A stretch of DNA of 64,000 nt from a virus (Duplodnaviria > Caudoviricetes): IMG/VR virus record IMGVR_UViG_3300048572_000043, positions 37,857 to 101,856 of that record; one strand, 5' to 3'. Under the pieces are notes generated by a model. The model worked only from the letters and a program-made list of their open reading frames with translations, did no database searches and was not told the DNA's origin. This document shows positions 28,901 to 42,222 of the stretch, one piece after another (the first letter of the stretch is position 1; every line of letters begins with the position of its first letter). The position numbers and the translations under genes were made by a program.

Positions 28901-31292
28901 GATGCGATCTTTTAGGTTTCACAAGAATCCTATTATAAATTGGTTTCTAGGTGAGGTCAATTATTACTCTCACACTTATCTTAATGTTAAGTGGGGATTA
29001 AAGAATAAACTTCAAAAATTAATTCGTGGCTATTCTGATAGTGATTGCTGGAATCTTCCACAATCTACTGCAAAGTTTATTCTCCCAAGAATCAAACATC
29101 TTCGTCAAAATTATCATAGTCTTGCCAATCGTCACCATTTAATTATTGATGATAAGATTATGCCCTATGTGGGAAAAGAAAATGATTTTGAATTTAATGC
29201 AACGCTTGGATGCCACATTGATAAAATAACTGGCTTGGAAATTTCTTTAGATAAAAAAGAATATGAATATGTATTAGATGAAATTATTTTTGCACTTCAA
29301 ATGATTGTTAATGAGGAAGATTCTGAAGTTGGCCTAGAAGAACTTTATGAGGTTTATCCGAAAGGATTTGACCCAATTAAAGATAGACAAATGTTCTTGA
29401 CTCATCAAGAAGATGGCACAAGTTTGGTAGAATTTGAAACAAAGGATAATATTCAACCAGATTATTCAAAATTAAATAAAGCCTACGAGCGTCAAAGGAA
29501 TGGACTGATTCTTCTTGGGCTTTACTTTAGAGACTTATGGGATTAAATTATGAACAACGATAGAATACTATTAGACATTAAAAGAAGTTTGGTTGATATA
29601 TCTCAATCACTCTATAATTTATCACTTGATATTAACAAAATTACAAGGAAAATAATTGAAGAAGATGAAAAAGAAGAAAAAAAGAATGACAAGCGAAGAA
29701 TTTGAGAAAGCTATGAAAGCTCAAGGTCGTTTAGTGAGCAAAGTTTATTATCGTATCACATTTAAAGGTATGGGGCTTTATATTTTAAATTCATTTCAAT
29801 TTAAATTATTGCCTAAATTTTTTTATATGAATGGTAAATACTTTACTGAATGTGGATTTAATTGGTTAGGGTGGATTTTTGAATTTCAATGGAATAGATA
29901 AAATGAAACAAAAGTTACAAGATAAACTATACAAAGATTTTCCAAAACTTTTTACACAAAAAGATTGGGATAAGACTAAAACTTGTATGTGTTGGGGTAT
30001 TGAAACTCCAGACGAATGGTATAATATAATATATAATTTATGTCAAACAATACAAAATCATATTGATTGGAATAAATCGCCACAAATTCAATTCACGCAA
30101 GTTAAAGAAAAATTTGGCTCATTAAGAGTTTATTATAATGATAATCTTGAGTATGTGAATGGAGCAATAGCTTTAGCAGATACTTTTGTAAGAAAGGAAT
30201 TTAGATGAACGAGTTATATGATATTTGGTTCACAAAAGATGAGTTATTAAAAATCGACAAAGCATTACATCATCTTAAAGACAAAGACCCATTTAATTTT
30301 GATTTTGAAGGCATTATGCTTAAATTAGATCATTTGATAGAAAGATCAAAATGAAGCCTAGATACGACCTTACTAAAGGAAAATTAATTTCATACGATGG
30401 CGAAATTATTGAGTTTGCTGGTTCAGCAGTAGTAGACAAGTATCCAGATCAAGTGCAAGAAATAATGGATTTATTTGATTTTAAAAAAGGCGAATACCTT
30501 GTGACTGATGAAAGCTCTGTTGGAGATTTTGAAAAACAAAATATGAATCCTAAAAAATTACAAAAATTTAAGAAAAAATATGGATTCAGTTTGACAAATA
30601 GCTCAAACATAAGTAAGATAGCTGAAAGGATGTATAACTTTAGACCATTTTAATTTATGAAATACACAATAACATCACAAGACAAAGAAGCACTAACTGA
30701 ATTTGAACAGATTAAAGAAGGAGAAGTTTTTTCTTTCTTTGACCCCGAATCTGTTCAACGAGGCAATCACGCAATCTATATGAAGATTAAAGTTCCTAAT
30801 ACCACAAGCGTAAATATTTTAGATTTAGGAGATGGTAAGGCTTACGACTTTGGTAATAAAAAGCGTAACACATTAAATGACCCCGATGGGCAACAAGGTA
30901 ATGCAGTTTATAAACTAAACGCAAAGATTAACATTGTAATTCTATGAGCAGTATTAAATATACATACTATATAGAGCAAGACAAGAATAAAGATGGAAAT
31001 TATATCCAATCTTTTTCAATTTACAAAACTCCAGTAGTTAAAACTATCAGACTTAAAACATTTAAGAAATTAAGTGACGCAAATATTTTTCTAGAAAAAT
31101 ATGAGAGTAATTAGATATATCAAAGAGCTTGAAGATGAGTTTGGCAAGGCTCTTGAGAAGTGGGCAGTTTATGAAGAAATACAGAAACCTAATTACCCTC
31201 ACGCAAATTTTATTGACGCTAAAATCTTAAAAACTTTTCCAAGTCCTTATCACGCAAGGAATTGGATGGAAAATGATGGTAAGAACAATTAA
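25968..31292 (+). other. Run of about 15 small co-oriented hypothetical ORFs around the RuvB-like gene
   Basis: Tightly packed, often ATGA-overlapping ORFs of 60-224 aa; 29879 ORF carries the common phage QVKEKFGSLRVY motif. Confidence 0.6.
26643..27575 (+). CDS. ruvB: RuvB-like AAA+ ATPase
   Basis: IVGQE, Walker A APRGCGKT, Walker B IFDEA, LLDRL, RGNAR, and a C-terminal winged helix with E.YL...LI...PTGR. Confidence 0.75.
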   Translation: MTKDNLSEIVGQEKTKSKINFLLEAFEQTRIMPHLLFVAPRGCGKTLIAQKTANLMNRQKTLIVNCSTIKNVKSFFNQIMLPFVADKDITIIFDEASELPRDVTMALLTILNPNSTNQNDFSFEDGTYTFRFNQNSFIFCTTEAQKIFHALLDRLYRIDLQDYSFIELGKIISGNLSTKKQKINDSIIDEVASVCRGNARQAQSMANQISGYLAGKKSNELTKEGWSEIKSKLSIYPLGLSEIELNVIKILKEHGEVRLTNLSAKTNLTKDMLQKNVELYLMRNSLIEIRPTGRALTKKGSDYHKEYLSV

Positions 31293-31330
31293 TTCTTTGA
31301 CTTAAAATAAATTTAAATTATATTTGAGTT

Positions 31331-32005
31331 ATGGATACAACTAAACCAGATCAGTTTTTTGCCAGCTTTAAAGAGCTTCATAGCCACAAAGTAGAAGCCT
31401 ACAAGCAGTATTGGGAAACCCTTAAACCTTTAACCAATGAAGATATTTTTAGGCGTTATCTTTTCGCCTTCTGCTCGGTTCATACCACTTGGGAAGGCAA
31501 TATCAAAGGTTATCTTGCTATTCGTGACTTTATTTATTGGAGATATAATCGTAAGGAATTGTTAAAGCGTCTTACTCGTTCTGGCGTTGGCTGTCAGAAT
31601 GAACGCACAGATTATATTTGGGACTTTGCAAAAGATTTCTGGCAGAATCCAAAAGACTTTGTTTGCTACAACAAGAAACATTATATCAAGGTTCGTGATG
31701 GTCTTGTTGAGCGTATTCGTGGATTGAGCTATGCTAAAGTTAGTTTTGCTCTTGAAATGATTAATCCTAATCACACCAAGGTTGTGTGCGGTGATGTTCA
31801 CCATCTTCGCTTTTATGGTATGGAGAATTTAAAATATACCAAGTCAAAAGTTGGTGCTATGAAGTATAAAGCGATGGAGAAACATTGGATTGATAATTGC
31901 GATAAGCTAGGTGTTCCATCCTATATTGTTCGTTGTCTTATGTGGGATGATATTCAAAAGCAAGCTGACAGCGATTATTGGGGATATGTTCTAAAGCGTT
32001 TTTAA
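31331..32005 (+). CDS. HhH-type DNA glycosylase-like protein (Ogg/endonuclease III-like fold)
   Basis: IRGLSYAKVSFAL HhH-like segment with Lys, followed by CGDVHHLR (Asp-x-His). Confidence 0.5.
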   Translation: MDTTKPDQFFASFKELHSHKVEAYKQYWETLKPLTNEDIFRRYLFAFCSVHTTWEGNIKGYLAIRDFIYWRYNRKELLKRLTRSGVGCQNERTDYIWDFAKDFWQNPKDFVCYNKKHYIKVRDGLVERIRGLSYAKVSFALEMINPNHTKVVCGDVHHLRFYGMENLKYTKSKVGAMKYKAMEKHWIDNCDKLGVPSYIVRCLMWDDIQKQADSDYWGYVLKRF

Positions 32006-33602
32006 TAATGAAAGCATCATCTTATTTTACTGATGGAGAGATCGAATTAGCTATGGGAATCCTTGGAGATTTATTATCCAATAAAGATTTCCTAGATGAA
32101 ATTTCAGTATCTCACGATGCTACTGATAAGTATTATAAGCTAGTAGACAAGATAGATGTTTATTTTAATGATTTAGATTTTAGAAATGAGACTCCACAAG
32201 AATGAAATTAAAAGATTTAATTGACCGCAAGATTCTTTATCTTAACTTTCCTATTAATAGACATTCAATTCAAGAGGGAAAGGTGTCAGAAATTTCTCCA
32301 GCAGAAAAATGTATTAAAATTAATAATGATTGGTATTTGATTAGCAATATTCGTATTATAGAATTGTTTAGTGAAAAAGAAAGACCAGCATTAGGTTTTA
32401 ATTGACATTAAATTAAAATGAAGCATAATCAAGAAATGGAAAAAGCAATTAAACTTCTAGAGGAGCTTGTTAATCAAGCTGACGAGGATTGTCCTCAAGA
32501 TTGTAGAACAATGCACTTTGTTAATGCTCTTGAGGAAGCTAGTGAATTTATAATGGAGTATAAAAACGCAAAATGAAACTAGGACGAATTTGTGTGGATT
32601 TAAATTATATTGTAGATATAGATAATGATGAGATGGTAAGACACGCTACCGAAGCTCTGTATGAAGATTTAATGCAAGGAATTAAATATGGTGATCTAGG
32701 AAATTGGATTCGTGTTAGCGAAGATAAAAACGCAACAGAAGATATGATACCAGAGTTTTTATTGGAGAAAGAAAATGATTAATCCAAGATCAAAAATCCT
32801 ATCAGACCTTAAAAGATCATATCTAAAAGAATATCAAGTATCTCTTGTAGATAGGATTCTTGGCTATCTAAATAATTTAACAGATTTTCAACTTTGTCAA
32901 TTATACTCTGAAAAGTATGAAACCAACCCAAAATATATGGCAGAGCAGTTTGAATTTAAATTCTAATGTGTAATTAGAATTATGGGCAAAAAAAAAGCAG
33001 ACAAATCACGAATAGAAAAAGGTTTAGAAAAAGAAGAAAAGACCTTTGCTTTAATGGCTAAAAAGATAGTTGATGCTATTAAAGACGAAAAAGAATTAAG
33101 AGCTTTTGCAAAGACTTCATTAGAAATACTTTATAAAGACAATCCAAACTTATTTTCAGATCACGCAAAAATTAAATTGATTAAAAAATAAATTCAAGTT
33201 AATATATAGAATATGCAAGAAGAAGTAAAGACATTACGCACAATGAAACAATTTGTAGCTTGGTATGAAACAAATGTAGACAATACTTCGCTTCCAGCAA
33301 GCATAGCTTTGGACTTGAATGACTTTTATATTAAGTTTAAATATCTTATAAAGCAAGAAGATGAAGCGAATGAATACCTTAAAAATTTCTTGGGATAATT
33401 ATGGAGAATCAAAAAACATTAGTAAGCAGAGTAAATAAAGAACTTGAAGAACTAGAAAATGATATTACAGCTTTAGTTGAATGGCACGATCAAAATGATA
33501 AAGATATTTCTGGAATCAAATGGCAAGAACTATCTAAAGTAGAAGCACTTGTAAAGAAAATCAAAAAATATATTAAAAAATAACTTGCGTGTAAGTTAAA
33601 AT

Positions 33603-33944
33603 GTGAGTATAAGTAAGGTTAAGAGGACAGCATATATATTAGCAATTATGAAATTAAGCAAACATAACAAAAAGATTATAGACTTTATTGAAATGGGTTA
33701 TTCAGATTACTCTGACAAGATTCTTCTTGCAGATGGTTTTGATGATGCTTTTATTGGCGTTGGTCAAAATACAGAGGGAAATCCAGTAGCAGTTTATTCT
33801 ATTGAAAAATGCTTGGATATTCTTGCAGAACAATTTAAAGATGAAGAAGATGCTATGGGAGATGCTATTGATTATTTTGAATTTAATGTAAGAGGTTCTT
33901 ATGTTGGAGAATTTACTCCAATGTTTATAAATACTTTATCATAA
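33603..33944 (+). CDS. Conserved phage hypothetical protein
   Basis: ADGFDDAFIG...AVYS..KC...YFEFN..GSYVGE.TP motif. Confidence 0.6.
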   Translation: MSISKVKRTAYILAIMKLSKHNKKIIDFIEMGYSDYSDKILLADGFDDAFIGVGQNTEGNPVAVYSIEKCLDILAEQFKDEEDAMGDAIDYFEFNVRGSYVGEFTPMFINTLS

Positions 33945-34277
33945 TGAAATTACCAAAACTTGATTTACTTGATCTTGCTACTACTTATATTTTCTTTGGT
34001 TTGATCTATGGCACGATTATAACTTTAACTTGGAATTATCTTTTCGAGTCGATTACTCTTGTTCATCTATCTATTCTTCAAGGATTTGGTATCCATTTGA
34101 TCGCTAGGATTCTTTTTGGTAATACTAATACAAATTATATTAGTAATTTTTATAGCCCAAAAACTCCAGACCTAGATAAGATTGATAGTTATTTAAAAGA
34201 AATACAAGCAGATTTAGACAAAGAAGCAGAAGAAGTTGAAAGACAATACGAAGATTTAGATAAAAAAGACTGATAAT

Positions 34278-34691
34278 ATGAATTTTGATAAGATCGTTGA
34301 GGTTACTTATGCCTTAATTAATAAGCATAATGCAGATTTAAGATGCCGACATTTTAGTTTTATTCTTGACCGCAATCGTATTATAAGTATTGGAATGAAC
34401 TCCACCAAGACTCATCCAATGAACTTAAAATATAATTATATCAATAAAAATAAAGAAAAGATTAGTGATATTGTTGGAACTCATAGTGAATTAAATGCTG
34501 TTATTAAGTTGGGTATAGAAGATTGTTCTAAATTAACTCTTGTTAATACTAGAATCAATAGAAATAATCTGCTAGATCATTCTGCTCCTTGCAACGGATG
34601 TTCGGATATGATTAAACAATTAAATTTTAAAAATGTTTATCATACAGATAGTCAAGCAGATTTTATTCAATACAACATAAATAAAAACTAG
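34278..34691 (+). CDS. Cytidine/deoxycytidylate deaminase-fold zinc protein
   Basis: H..FI...IISIGMN, HSELNAV and SAPCNGC motifs. Confidence 0.75.
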   Translation: MNFDKIVEVTYALINKHNADLRCRHFSFILDRNRIISIGMNSTKTHPMNLKYNYINKNKEKISDIVGTHSELNAVIKLGIEDCSKLTLVNTRINRNNLLDHSAPCNGCSDMIKQLNFKNVYHTDSQADFIQYNINKN

Positions 34692-35308
34692 ACAATATTA
34701 TTTATGTAGCATAAAATGTATTTGACAACTCTCAATATATATAGTAACCTTATTAATAGGTAAAAATGAAAAAGTCTTTTGGTCTTAAAAATAATTTCAC
34801 TTGGGAAGAAGTGCGGTCAGACGCAACAATGAACGACTATATACTTGTTTTTGATTTTGACAATTTCTGTATATTTTGTGAAAATACTAATAAAAAGTAT
34901 CTTGAAATAAAAGAAGATTCAAAAAATATTTGACATTTATTAATAAATATATTAATATTAATTATTATGGCAAACAGACCCAAAACATACTTCGTTAAGA
35001 TGACAGACAACACTAACGGAACATTTACCATTAGTGAAGCGAAGGTTCTTGATAAGGTTAATCAACATACTCGTCATTGGCGTTCCTTTGACAAGCGTAA
35101 ATTGACCAGCAAGCTCCGAGCCTCTGATCTTCTTACCAAGTAATACTATTATAGGATACATTCATAGGGCATAAAAAACCCTATGAGTGTAATCTATATT
35201 GTTATGAAGTCTATTAATCATAAGGAATTATCTAGTCGCTAGAAGAAGTTAATCTAGCTTGACATTTTAATCAATTTAAATTAGTCTTAAATAAGTCGAG
35301 GACAAGTT

Positions 35309-35767
35309 ATGAAAATACTATGTAAAATATCCGTTTTGTTATTAGCCTCTTGGATTTTATTCAAGAGCGAAATCGCTTCTGGCACTAAATCAGTTGTATT
35401 TTATAAACCAGATGATACCTTACTTAAAGGAACTTTACCCAAAAAAGAAATTAAGGTTCGCCTAACTGCTTATTGGGCAAGAGGTTCTGATACAGATTCT
35501 TGGAGTGCCAAGAGGCAAAGCTCGACTGGTGCTACCCTTAAACCTAATAGGAGTGTTGCAGTAGACCCCAAGATTATACCTTACTTCTCAAAGCTCTATA
35601 TTCCTAATCTTGGATTTAGATTTGCTCACGATACTGGTACAGATGTTATTAGAAAGAAGGCTAGTCACGGCAAGTATCCAGTTGTTGATATTTTCTTTAT
35701 GACAGAAAAAGAAGCTATGAGATTTGTTAATAACAATCCTAAAGTAGTTAAAGTTGCTGTATATTAA
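35309..35767 (+). CDS. 3D-domain protein (peptidoglycan lytic transglycosylase-like)
   Basis: N-terminal signal/TM segment; LTAYW, VAVDPKIIP, AHDTG and VVDIFF (three Asp) motifs. Confidence 0.8.
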   Translation: MKILCKISVLLLASWILFKSEIASGTKSVVFYKPDDTLLKGTLPKKEIKVRLTAYWARGSDTDSWSAKRQSSTGATLKPNRSVAVDPKIIPYFSKLYIPNLGFRFAHDTGTDVIRKKASHGKYPVVDIFFMTEKEAMRFVNNNPKVVKVAVY

Positions 35768-38700
35768 AATGATTATTGATAATACCATTGGTTTTTTTGG
35801 AATTTATCATCATAATTGTATTATTAATTTAGGATTGCCGAAACAATTCTCTGATCTTTATTCCTCTGATAAGTATAAAAGCGTTATTCTTTGTCAAAAA
35901 GATGAAAATAATGGTTATTTATTGACTCAAAGCATTTTAAGCAAAGACAATATGACCAAGCCTTATATGAGAAGCTATTATTTTGTTGATAAACAAAATC
36001 TTAAAGAGGGATACTTGAATGTTGTAAATAAGATTGACTCTAGTGAGAAAATCTTTTATCTTTTAAGAAGCAATAATAATTCTGATTATACTGATTCGGA
36101 AAAAATTATTGAAAAATGGAAGTTAGAGATAAAAAATGCCACCCAAGAATCAAAAGATTGAATTTTTAACAGATCATCTTGCTAGTTTAAATCATTGGCG
36201 AGATCAATTACTTGCTCTTGAGAAATCCTATCATAGTAAAGACCCCGAAAAAGAAAGAACTTGTCGCAATATGTTAAATAAGTATTTAGATGATGTTTTA
36301 GCGTATAATAAAAATATTAAGGAAAAGCCTAAAAACAAGGTGTAAAGATAAATAGAACAATATTATGGAAATCGCAATTTTATCAGCTTGTTTTATTTTA
36401 GGTGGAATTTTTGGGGTTCGTATATGAACTGGCTAATCAATCTTTATTGGGATGTTCGTTTTAAAATTGAAGATGCAATTTCTGATTGGAAATGGAATCG
36501 TGAATTAAATAAAAAAGATGCTACTTTTGCTGATGAATATAATGATGAAGTTGTAGCTTCTTGGGAAGATGAAGAAACAGAAGTTAAACCAAAGAAAAAG
36601 AAAGCCAAAAAGAAAAGTGTTAAAAAAGCTAAAAAAAGCGTTTAAGTGGTTGCTAAATTTAAAGTTGGGTTGTGGTTGTTCTGGTTGTAGTTGCAAAAAA
36701 TAATTCTTGATCTAAAAAATAAATTCGGTTAGTATATACTAACTATGGCATTAACAAAACAAGACTTAAAAGAAATCAGAATGTTTCAAAATAACTTGAA
36801 AAACTCTGGTATGAATCCTTGGGGAAATCTCAAGCGTGGTAAAGATATGAAGATTCCAACTATGGGTAGACCCAAGAAAGCAATATACAATAAAGAGGAT
36901 GCTGTTGAGCAACCTCAAGAGGAAAAGTTTAAAAATAAAAAATAATATATATTGACATTAATACATATATATACTATTATTAACTTATGAATACAACTAA
37001 CACGCAATATACTTGGCAAGTCAAAGCTACGACTGGTCAGCTTGTTGTTGCTCCCAAGAGTTACCCAACTCTCCGTGGTGCAAAGATCGCTAGTAAGCGA
37101 TTTGCCAACAAGACTGGTGGTGCAGTAGTTTCTGTTTCAGCCAAGTAATGTAATGGTAGGATAGATGGTTCAAGCCCACTATCCTATCATATAATTTTAT
37201 GTGGACTCCAATAGAAATTTTTTGCTTAACTTTCCTTTTCAATCATTCGCCAATGGCAAGTGAAAGATTATCAGTTAAAGAAATAATTGAAAATCGTGAA
37301 GCTCAATTAGTTATAGAAAGCGTAACATTAAGAAAATGATTCCCAAACCAATTAGAGTTATAGGCTTTATATTATATTGTTTATTTTGGATAGCTGTGGC
37401 GTTTTTGTTTATTGGTTGTGCGAGTGTTTCTCAAGTTGGTAAAGATGAGGGTTGGTTTCCTAATGGAATGAGCGAAGATGCTCAAGATTATCCTACAAAA
37501 TATAATATGATGGATAGTCCAGATGGTCGCAGAAATCCTAATGCTCAAGTAAATATTTTTGGCGTGACCTATTGACGATTTTTAAATTTGCAGTATATTA
37601 AATATATGAGCAAAAAAGTAAAGAAGTTTAAGAACGCACTAAAGTTTTACAATAGTCTTTCGGGAGACGAAAGAGAAGTTGTTACTCGTAATTATGTTGA
37701 GATGAGCAAGATGGATTTGATTGAACTTATCTTTAAAATTAAAACTAATTATAATGATCTTGAGAAGATTGTAAATGCTCACAGAAAAGATTTAGCTTAT
37801 TTTGAGAAAGAAGAAAAGAAAAGCGAAAAAGAACAGCAAAAGAAGTTAGCCGAATTTAAAAGTGGCGTAAGATATAAAGTAACTATCTATACTATCACAG
37901 ATGATATTAGCAACAAACACGGCTCAAGCTCCGAGCATATTCTTGAATCTTATGCAGACGAAGCAGAGAACGATGCTCACGGATGCGTTACCAGAGAAGA
38001 AGATGAAGATTATCTGACAGATGCAGAATTAGACGATTGGGCTGAATTTAATGGAGCAAAAGAAGAATTAGCAGAGTGGAGAAAAGAAAGAGATTTAGAG
38101 CAATTTGATATGAAAGGTGAGGAAGTTGTAAAGAGAAAGTCTAGAAAGTGTTCCTAGAATGAAGAAAATTAAAAAAGATAAATATACATTTCAGTATGAA
38201 TATGCTGATGAAATTGGCAGAGAAACAAATCATAAGATTACTTTTAATGCAACAACTATTGATGAAATTTGTTGTAAGTTAAGAGATTTCCTCAAAGGAT
38301 GTGGATATATATTTGATGAAATAGGAGTGATAGACTATGACAAAGAAGATGAAGATGAAAAAGTTTAAGAATATTAAAGATTTCCTCAAGACTTGCTCTG
38401 AGGATGAAAGAGAGTATATCTATGATTTGTATAATAATGCTTCAGTAGCAGATTTAATTGATTTACTTTTTGAACATTTGCCAGCAGATGATACTATACA
38501 AGAAATTCAAGAATACAGAGAAGAAATGGAATGGGACGATAATGAAGCTGAAAAATCAAATAAAGCCAAGAGAAAGTGTGATTGTGATTTTGTTGGATGC
38601 CAAGGTTGTTAAATGAAAAAACAGATTCCACAGATTAAATACAGCAATCTTAAATCTATTACATCTTATGTTGCAGATTTACAAGGAGACGAGAAAGCAT

Positions 38701-39069
38701 TTAAAATATTAAAGAATGTTGGTAAGAAGGTTATCACAGAAGAAGAATATATTATGATTGGTTTTAGGTATATATTCTCAAAATCAAAGAATAATAAATT
38801 TGAATTGACTTCTATCAATAAAAAGTTAAAATCTAAAAAGAGATGAAAAATAAAACAATATCTAAAAACGACCCTTACCATCTTAAAGTAGGTAAATTCA
38901 AGAAAAAGAATGTATTTGATACTCAAGTAGATATGGGAGATCGTATGAGAGATTTTTTCCTTGGCTTGGGCAGAAGGGTAATTACAGAAGATGAGTTTAT
39001 TAATATTGGTTTTAACTATGCACTAATTAAAGGCTTGGGCGAAGCGAAAAAGGTTAAAAGTAAAAAGAA

Positions 39070-39405
39070 ATGACATTTAATAATTTTCAGACTAATGCTA
39101 GTAGAACTGCTTTTTATCCAAGAGATTTAGCGGGTGATGGGTTATACTATACTACTTTAGGGCTTGTTGGTGAAGCTGGTGAGATTGCTAATAAAGTTAA
39201 GAAGGTAATGAGAGATAACAATGGAAATCTCTCAAAAGACGCTAAAGCTAGTATTGCTGATGAACTTGGTGATGTGCTTTGGTATTGTGCGAGTTTAGCA
39301 GATGAACTTGGCGTGAATCTTGAAGATATTGCAGGAAATAATGTAATTAAACTTGCAGATAGATTAAAAAGAGGTAAAATAAAAGGAAGTGGAGATAAAA
39401 GATGA
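39070..39405 (+). CDS. mazG: MazG-like nucleotide pyrophosphohydrolase
   Basis: LGLVGEAGEIANKVKK, ELGDVLWY, N..KL..R..RG.I.GSGD.R. Confidence 0.9.
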   Translation: MTFNNFQTNASRTAFYPRDLAGDGLYYTTLGLVGEAGEIANKVKKVMRDNNGNLSKDAKASIADELGDVLWYCASLADELGVNLEDIAGNNVIKLADRLKRGKIKGSGDKR

Positions 39406-40831
39406 ATAAATTAATATCAACTATTATATATGAAATCGGCTTTTTTGTTGGAGTCATTCAAGGGTTATTCTTGGCGTTTTGTATTATGATTGAAAGAAAC
39501 ACAAGGCAATAACAATGAGTAATTTTGTTAATGCAAATCCATTGAATTATGATGCCAAGTATCCTCAAGTAGCCGAATCTACTAACGATGATGCCAAGAT
39601 TTTCGTTATGGAACGAAATGAAGGTAGGGAAGTAATGTTTCAGATTGAGGATGGAACTCAATACTATGGTAGGATTGGTTATGTGCCAAATAGTGAACAT
39701 TATTGCGTTGTAGTTGATAGAAACGGAACTCCTTGGGAATGGTATGTGAGAGAAGAAGCACTTCGCTTTGTAGAGGATATTGGCACTAAAATAGGATGAA
39801 TTGGAGTTTCTTGAGCTTAATTGTTCCATTATTTGCAGTATGTCTTGTGGGATGGTTTATTTATCTAATAAGTTATAAATAATATGTTTTTTATAGTTAA
39901 TGATACTTTGACCTATGCTGATCTAAACCTTACTATTAGCCTAGACCTTACAATATTCTTGTGCAGTTTCTTGGCACTATTCTTATTGAACTGCTTTATT
40001 TTACTTGAAATAAAGAATATACGAAGGTATATTAAAAAGAGAGGTGAAAAGTAAGATTATGTCTTTATTAGGTATGTATTTTGATATAGAAGGGTATATA
40101 TTTAAACCATTTTACCTGCTACTAGGGGTGTTATACTTTATAGTGTTATTAAGTTTATTAGGAGCTTTGTATATTATGCTTTATATAAGAAATACTCTAG
40201 AGAAGATACTAAAAGACATAGAGAAGAATAGAAAGAAGTATAGTAGAATGAAATAAGTTTGGTGGTATAGAATATATATAATATTACAATAGTCAAGATC
40301 AAAATACTTAAATAATATTCTTTTTTTATACTTTATCTATGTATAATAAGCTAATAGCTAATGAAATTCAAATCACTAGAAGAAAAACTAGAGTTATACT
40401 ATGATAAGCTAAAACATCCAGCAAAAATAATAAATAATTGGGCTATTATTGATATTGATGCTTTTAATAAACTTAAAAAAATAACACTAAATAACATAAA
40501 TAATGTAAGTCAAAGTGATATAGATAGAATAATAACAACAGAAAACAAAAATAACTACATAGTAATTAAATATAACCCCAATTTTATTGCTACTAAAGTA
40601 ATAGATAAAGAATATGATTACTTATTAAAGGATTGGGACTTGATAGCGGTAGATAGAGAAACTATGTATAAAGGAGAGCCAGATAAGCTAATGACAAATA
40701 AGGAAATAATCAAATTACTTGGTTTTAAGTTAAGTAAAAGAGCAAAGGATAATTTAGAATATTTTAATTAATTTTAGTGTTATTTGTGATTTTTTCTTGA
40801 CGAAATAACATATTTAGTTTATTATAATATA

Positions 40832-40894
40832 CTTGGAAGCCGTGACCCAAGGAAGCATAGGTTCGTGGTGATCCTAGCATATAGCGAAAACCAC
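40832..40894 (+). ncRNA. Small structured leader RNA candidate (hairpin plus H-type pseudoknot)
   Basis: Follows TTGACG...TATAAT; CTTGG/CCAAG hairpin, TAGG/CCTA stem whose loop GTGGT pairs with downstream ACCAC. Confidence 0.35.
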
Positions 40895-42222
40895 ATTTAC
40901 TAAAGATTATGCCTGAAATAACTATAACTACTTTAATGATGTTAAGTGGATTGGCATTACTCCATTTTACTAATCATATTAAGTAAAATAATGATCTCAA
41001 ATAATCAAATAACAACTTTGTCCGAGGACGAGCTAACCTATCTTTTTTATTGTTGTAAAACTGAATGGGATAGTTTAAATATGGGGTATGAATTTGATTG
41101 GTATATACTTAAATCATTTAGAAATAAAGCTATTCATCCAATGTTAAATAAATATAGTGGCAACTTGACAGATGAAAATAAAGGTCTTATAATACAAATA
41201 CTAAATAAACTAGAACAAAATATCTAATTCATAATATGAAATATCTTTATCTAATACTATCAATCACTTGTTCAGCTTATGCTGGAGAATTACGCCCAAT
41301 GGATAGTCCTCACTTTATAGTGATAGTAAGGGAATTTACATTAAACCTTGATGAAGAAGATAATAAAAATGTAACACAAAATGTAAAAAATAAAGATAAT
41401 GGAGATCATTTTAGTTTTATACAAAAGAAAAGTGGAGATGATTTTGAAACAAAGGTAAATAAATATATGAATAATAAATATGACACAAATCAAGTTACTC
41501 CAGAATTCTCATTCAAAAAGGCAAATAAATGAACCATTTAACAGCTTGGGCAATTACTATCACAGCTTTCAGTTCGGGGCTATATGGAATTTATAAATAC
41601 ATTCTTGCGAAATACTATTTTACTTATGATTTAAAGCCTATTCACTATTGGTCAAATAGAAAACAAAAAATAAAGAAAAGATATAAGACTCTTAGAAAAT
41701 ATAAAGCTAAAAAGCGAAATAGCTATAAAGCAGTAATCAACAAATACAAACTAATATCTCATAAATAATGAAAACATTTTGTTTTAGCAGAGAACAGCTT
41801 AGTATTTTGATTTATGCTCTTGTTGCAACAAGGGAACAAATAGACCAATCTCAACACGCAGAAATAGATAATCTTATATCAATATTAAATAAGTAATTGA
41901 CTCTATTTAAATAAAGGTTATACTAAATATATGAGTCAATATACAGATGAAAATTTTAAAAGAGAAGATTGGGAATTAATTCAAGATGCTATTGTTGATC
42001 AGATCTCGTACCTTAAGCATAGGCAACAATATGGGTACGAGGAGCAGGTTGAGCGTCTAGAAGCTTTGCTAGAAAAAGCTAGAATTAGTAGATTAGTTGC
42101 AAATAAGGGGTAATCAAATAATGAATTACTATTATATTTTTGGTGTTATTTTTGTAGTATATCTTTTAAATATTTTCTTAAACAGAGATTGACAAAGTTT
42201 AAGTTTAGATTATATTGGATGT

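Noticed and set aside
37152-37190. Hairpin with a GGTTCAAGCCC loop resembling a tRNA T-arm
   Set aside because: No D or anticodon arm; more simply a terminator or processing stem after a small ORF
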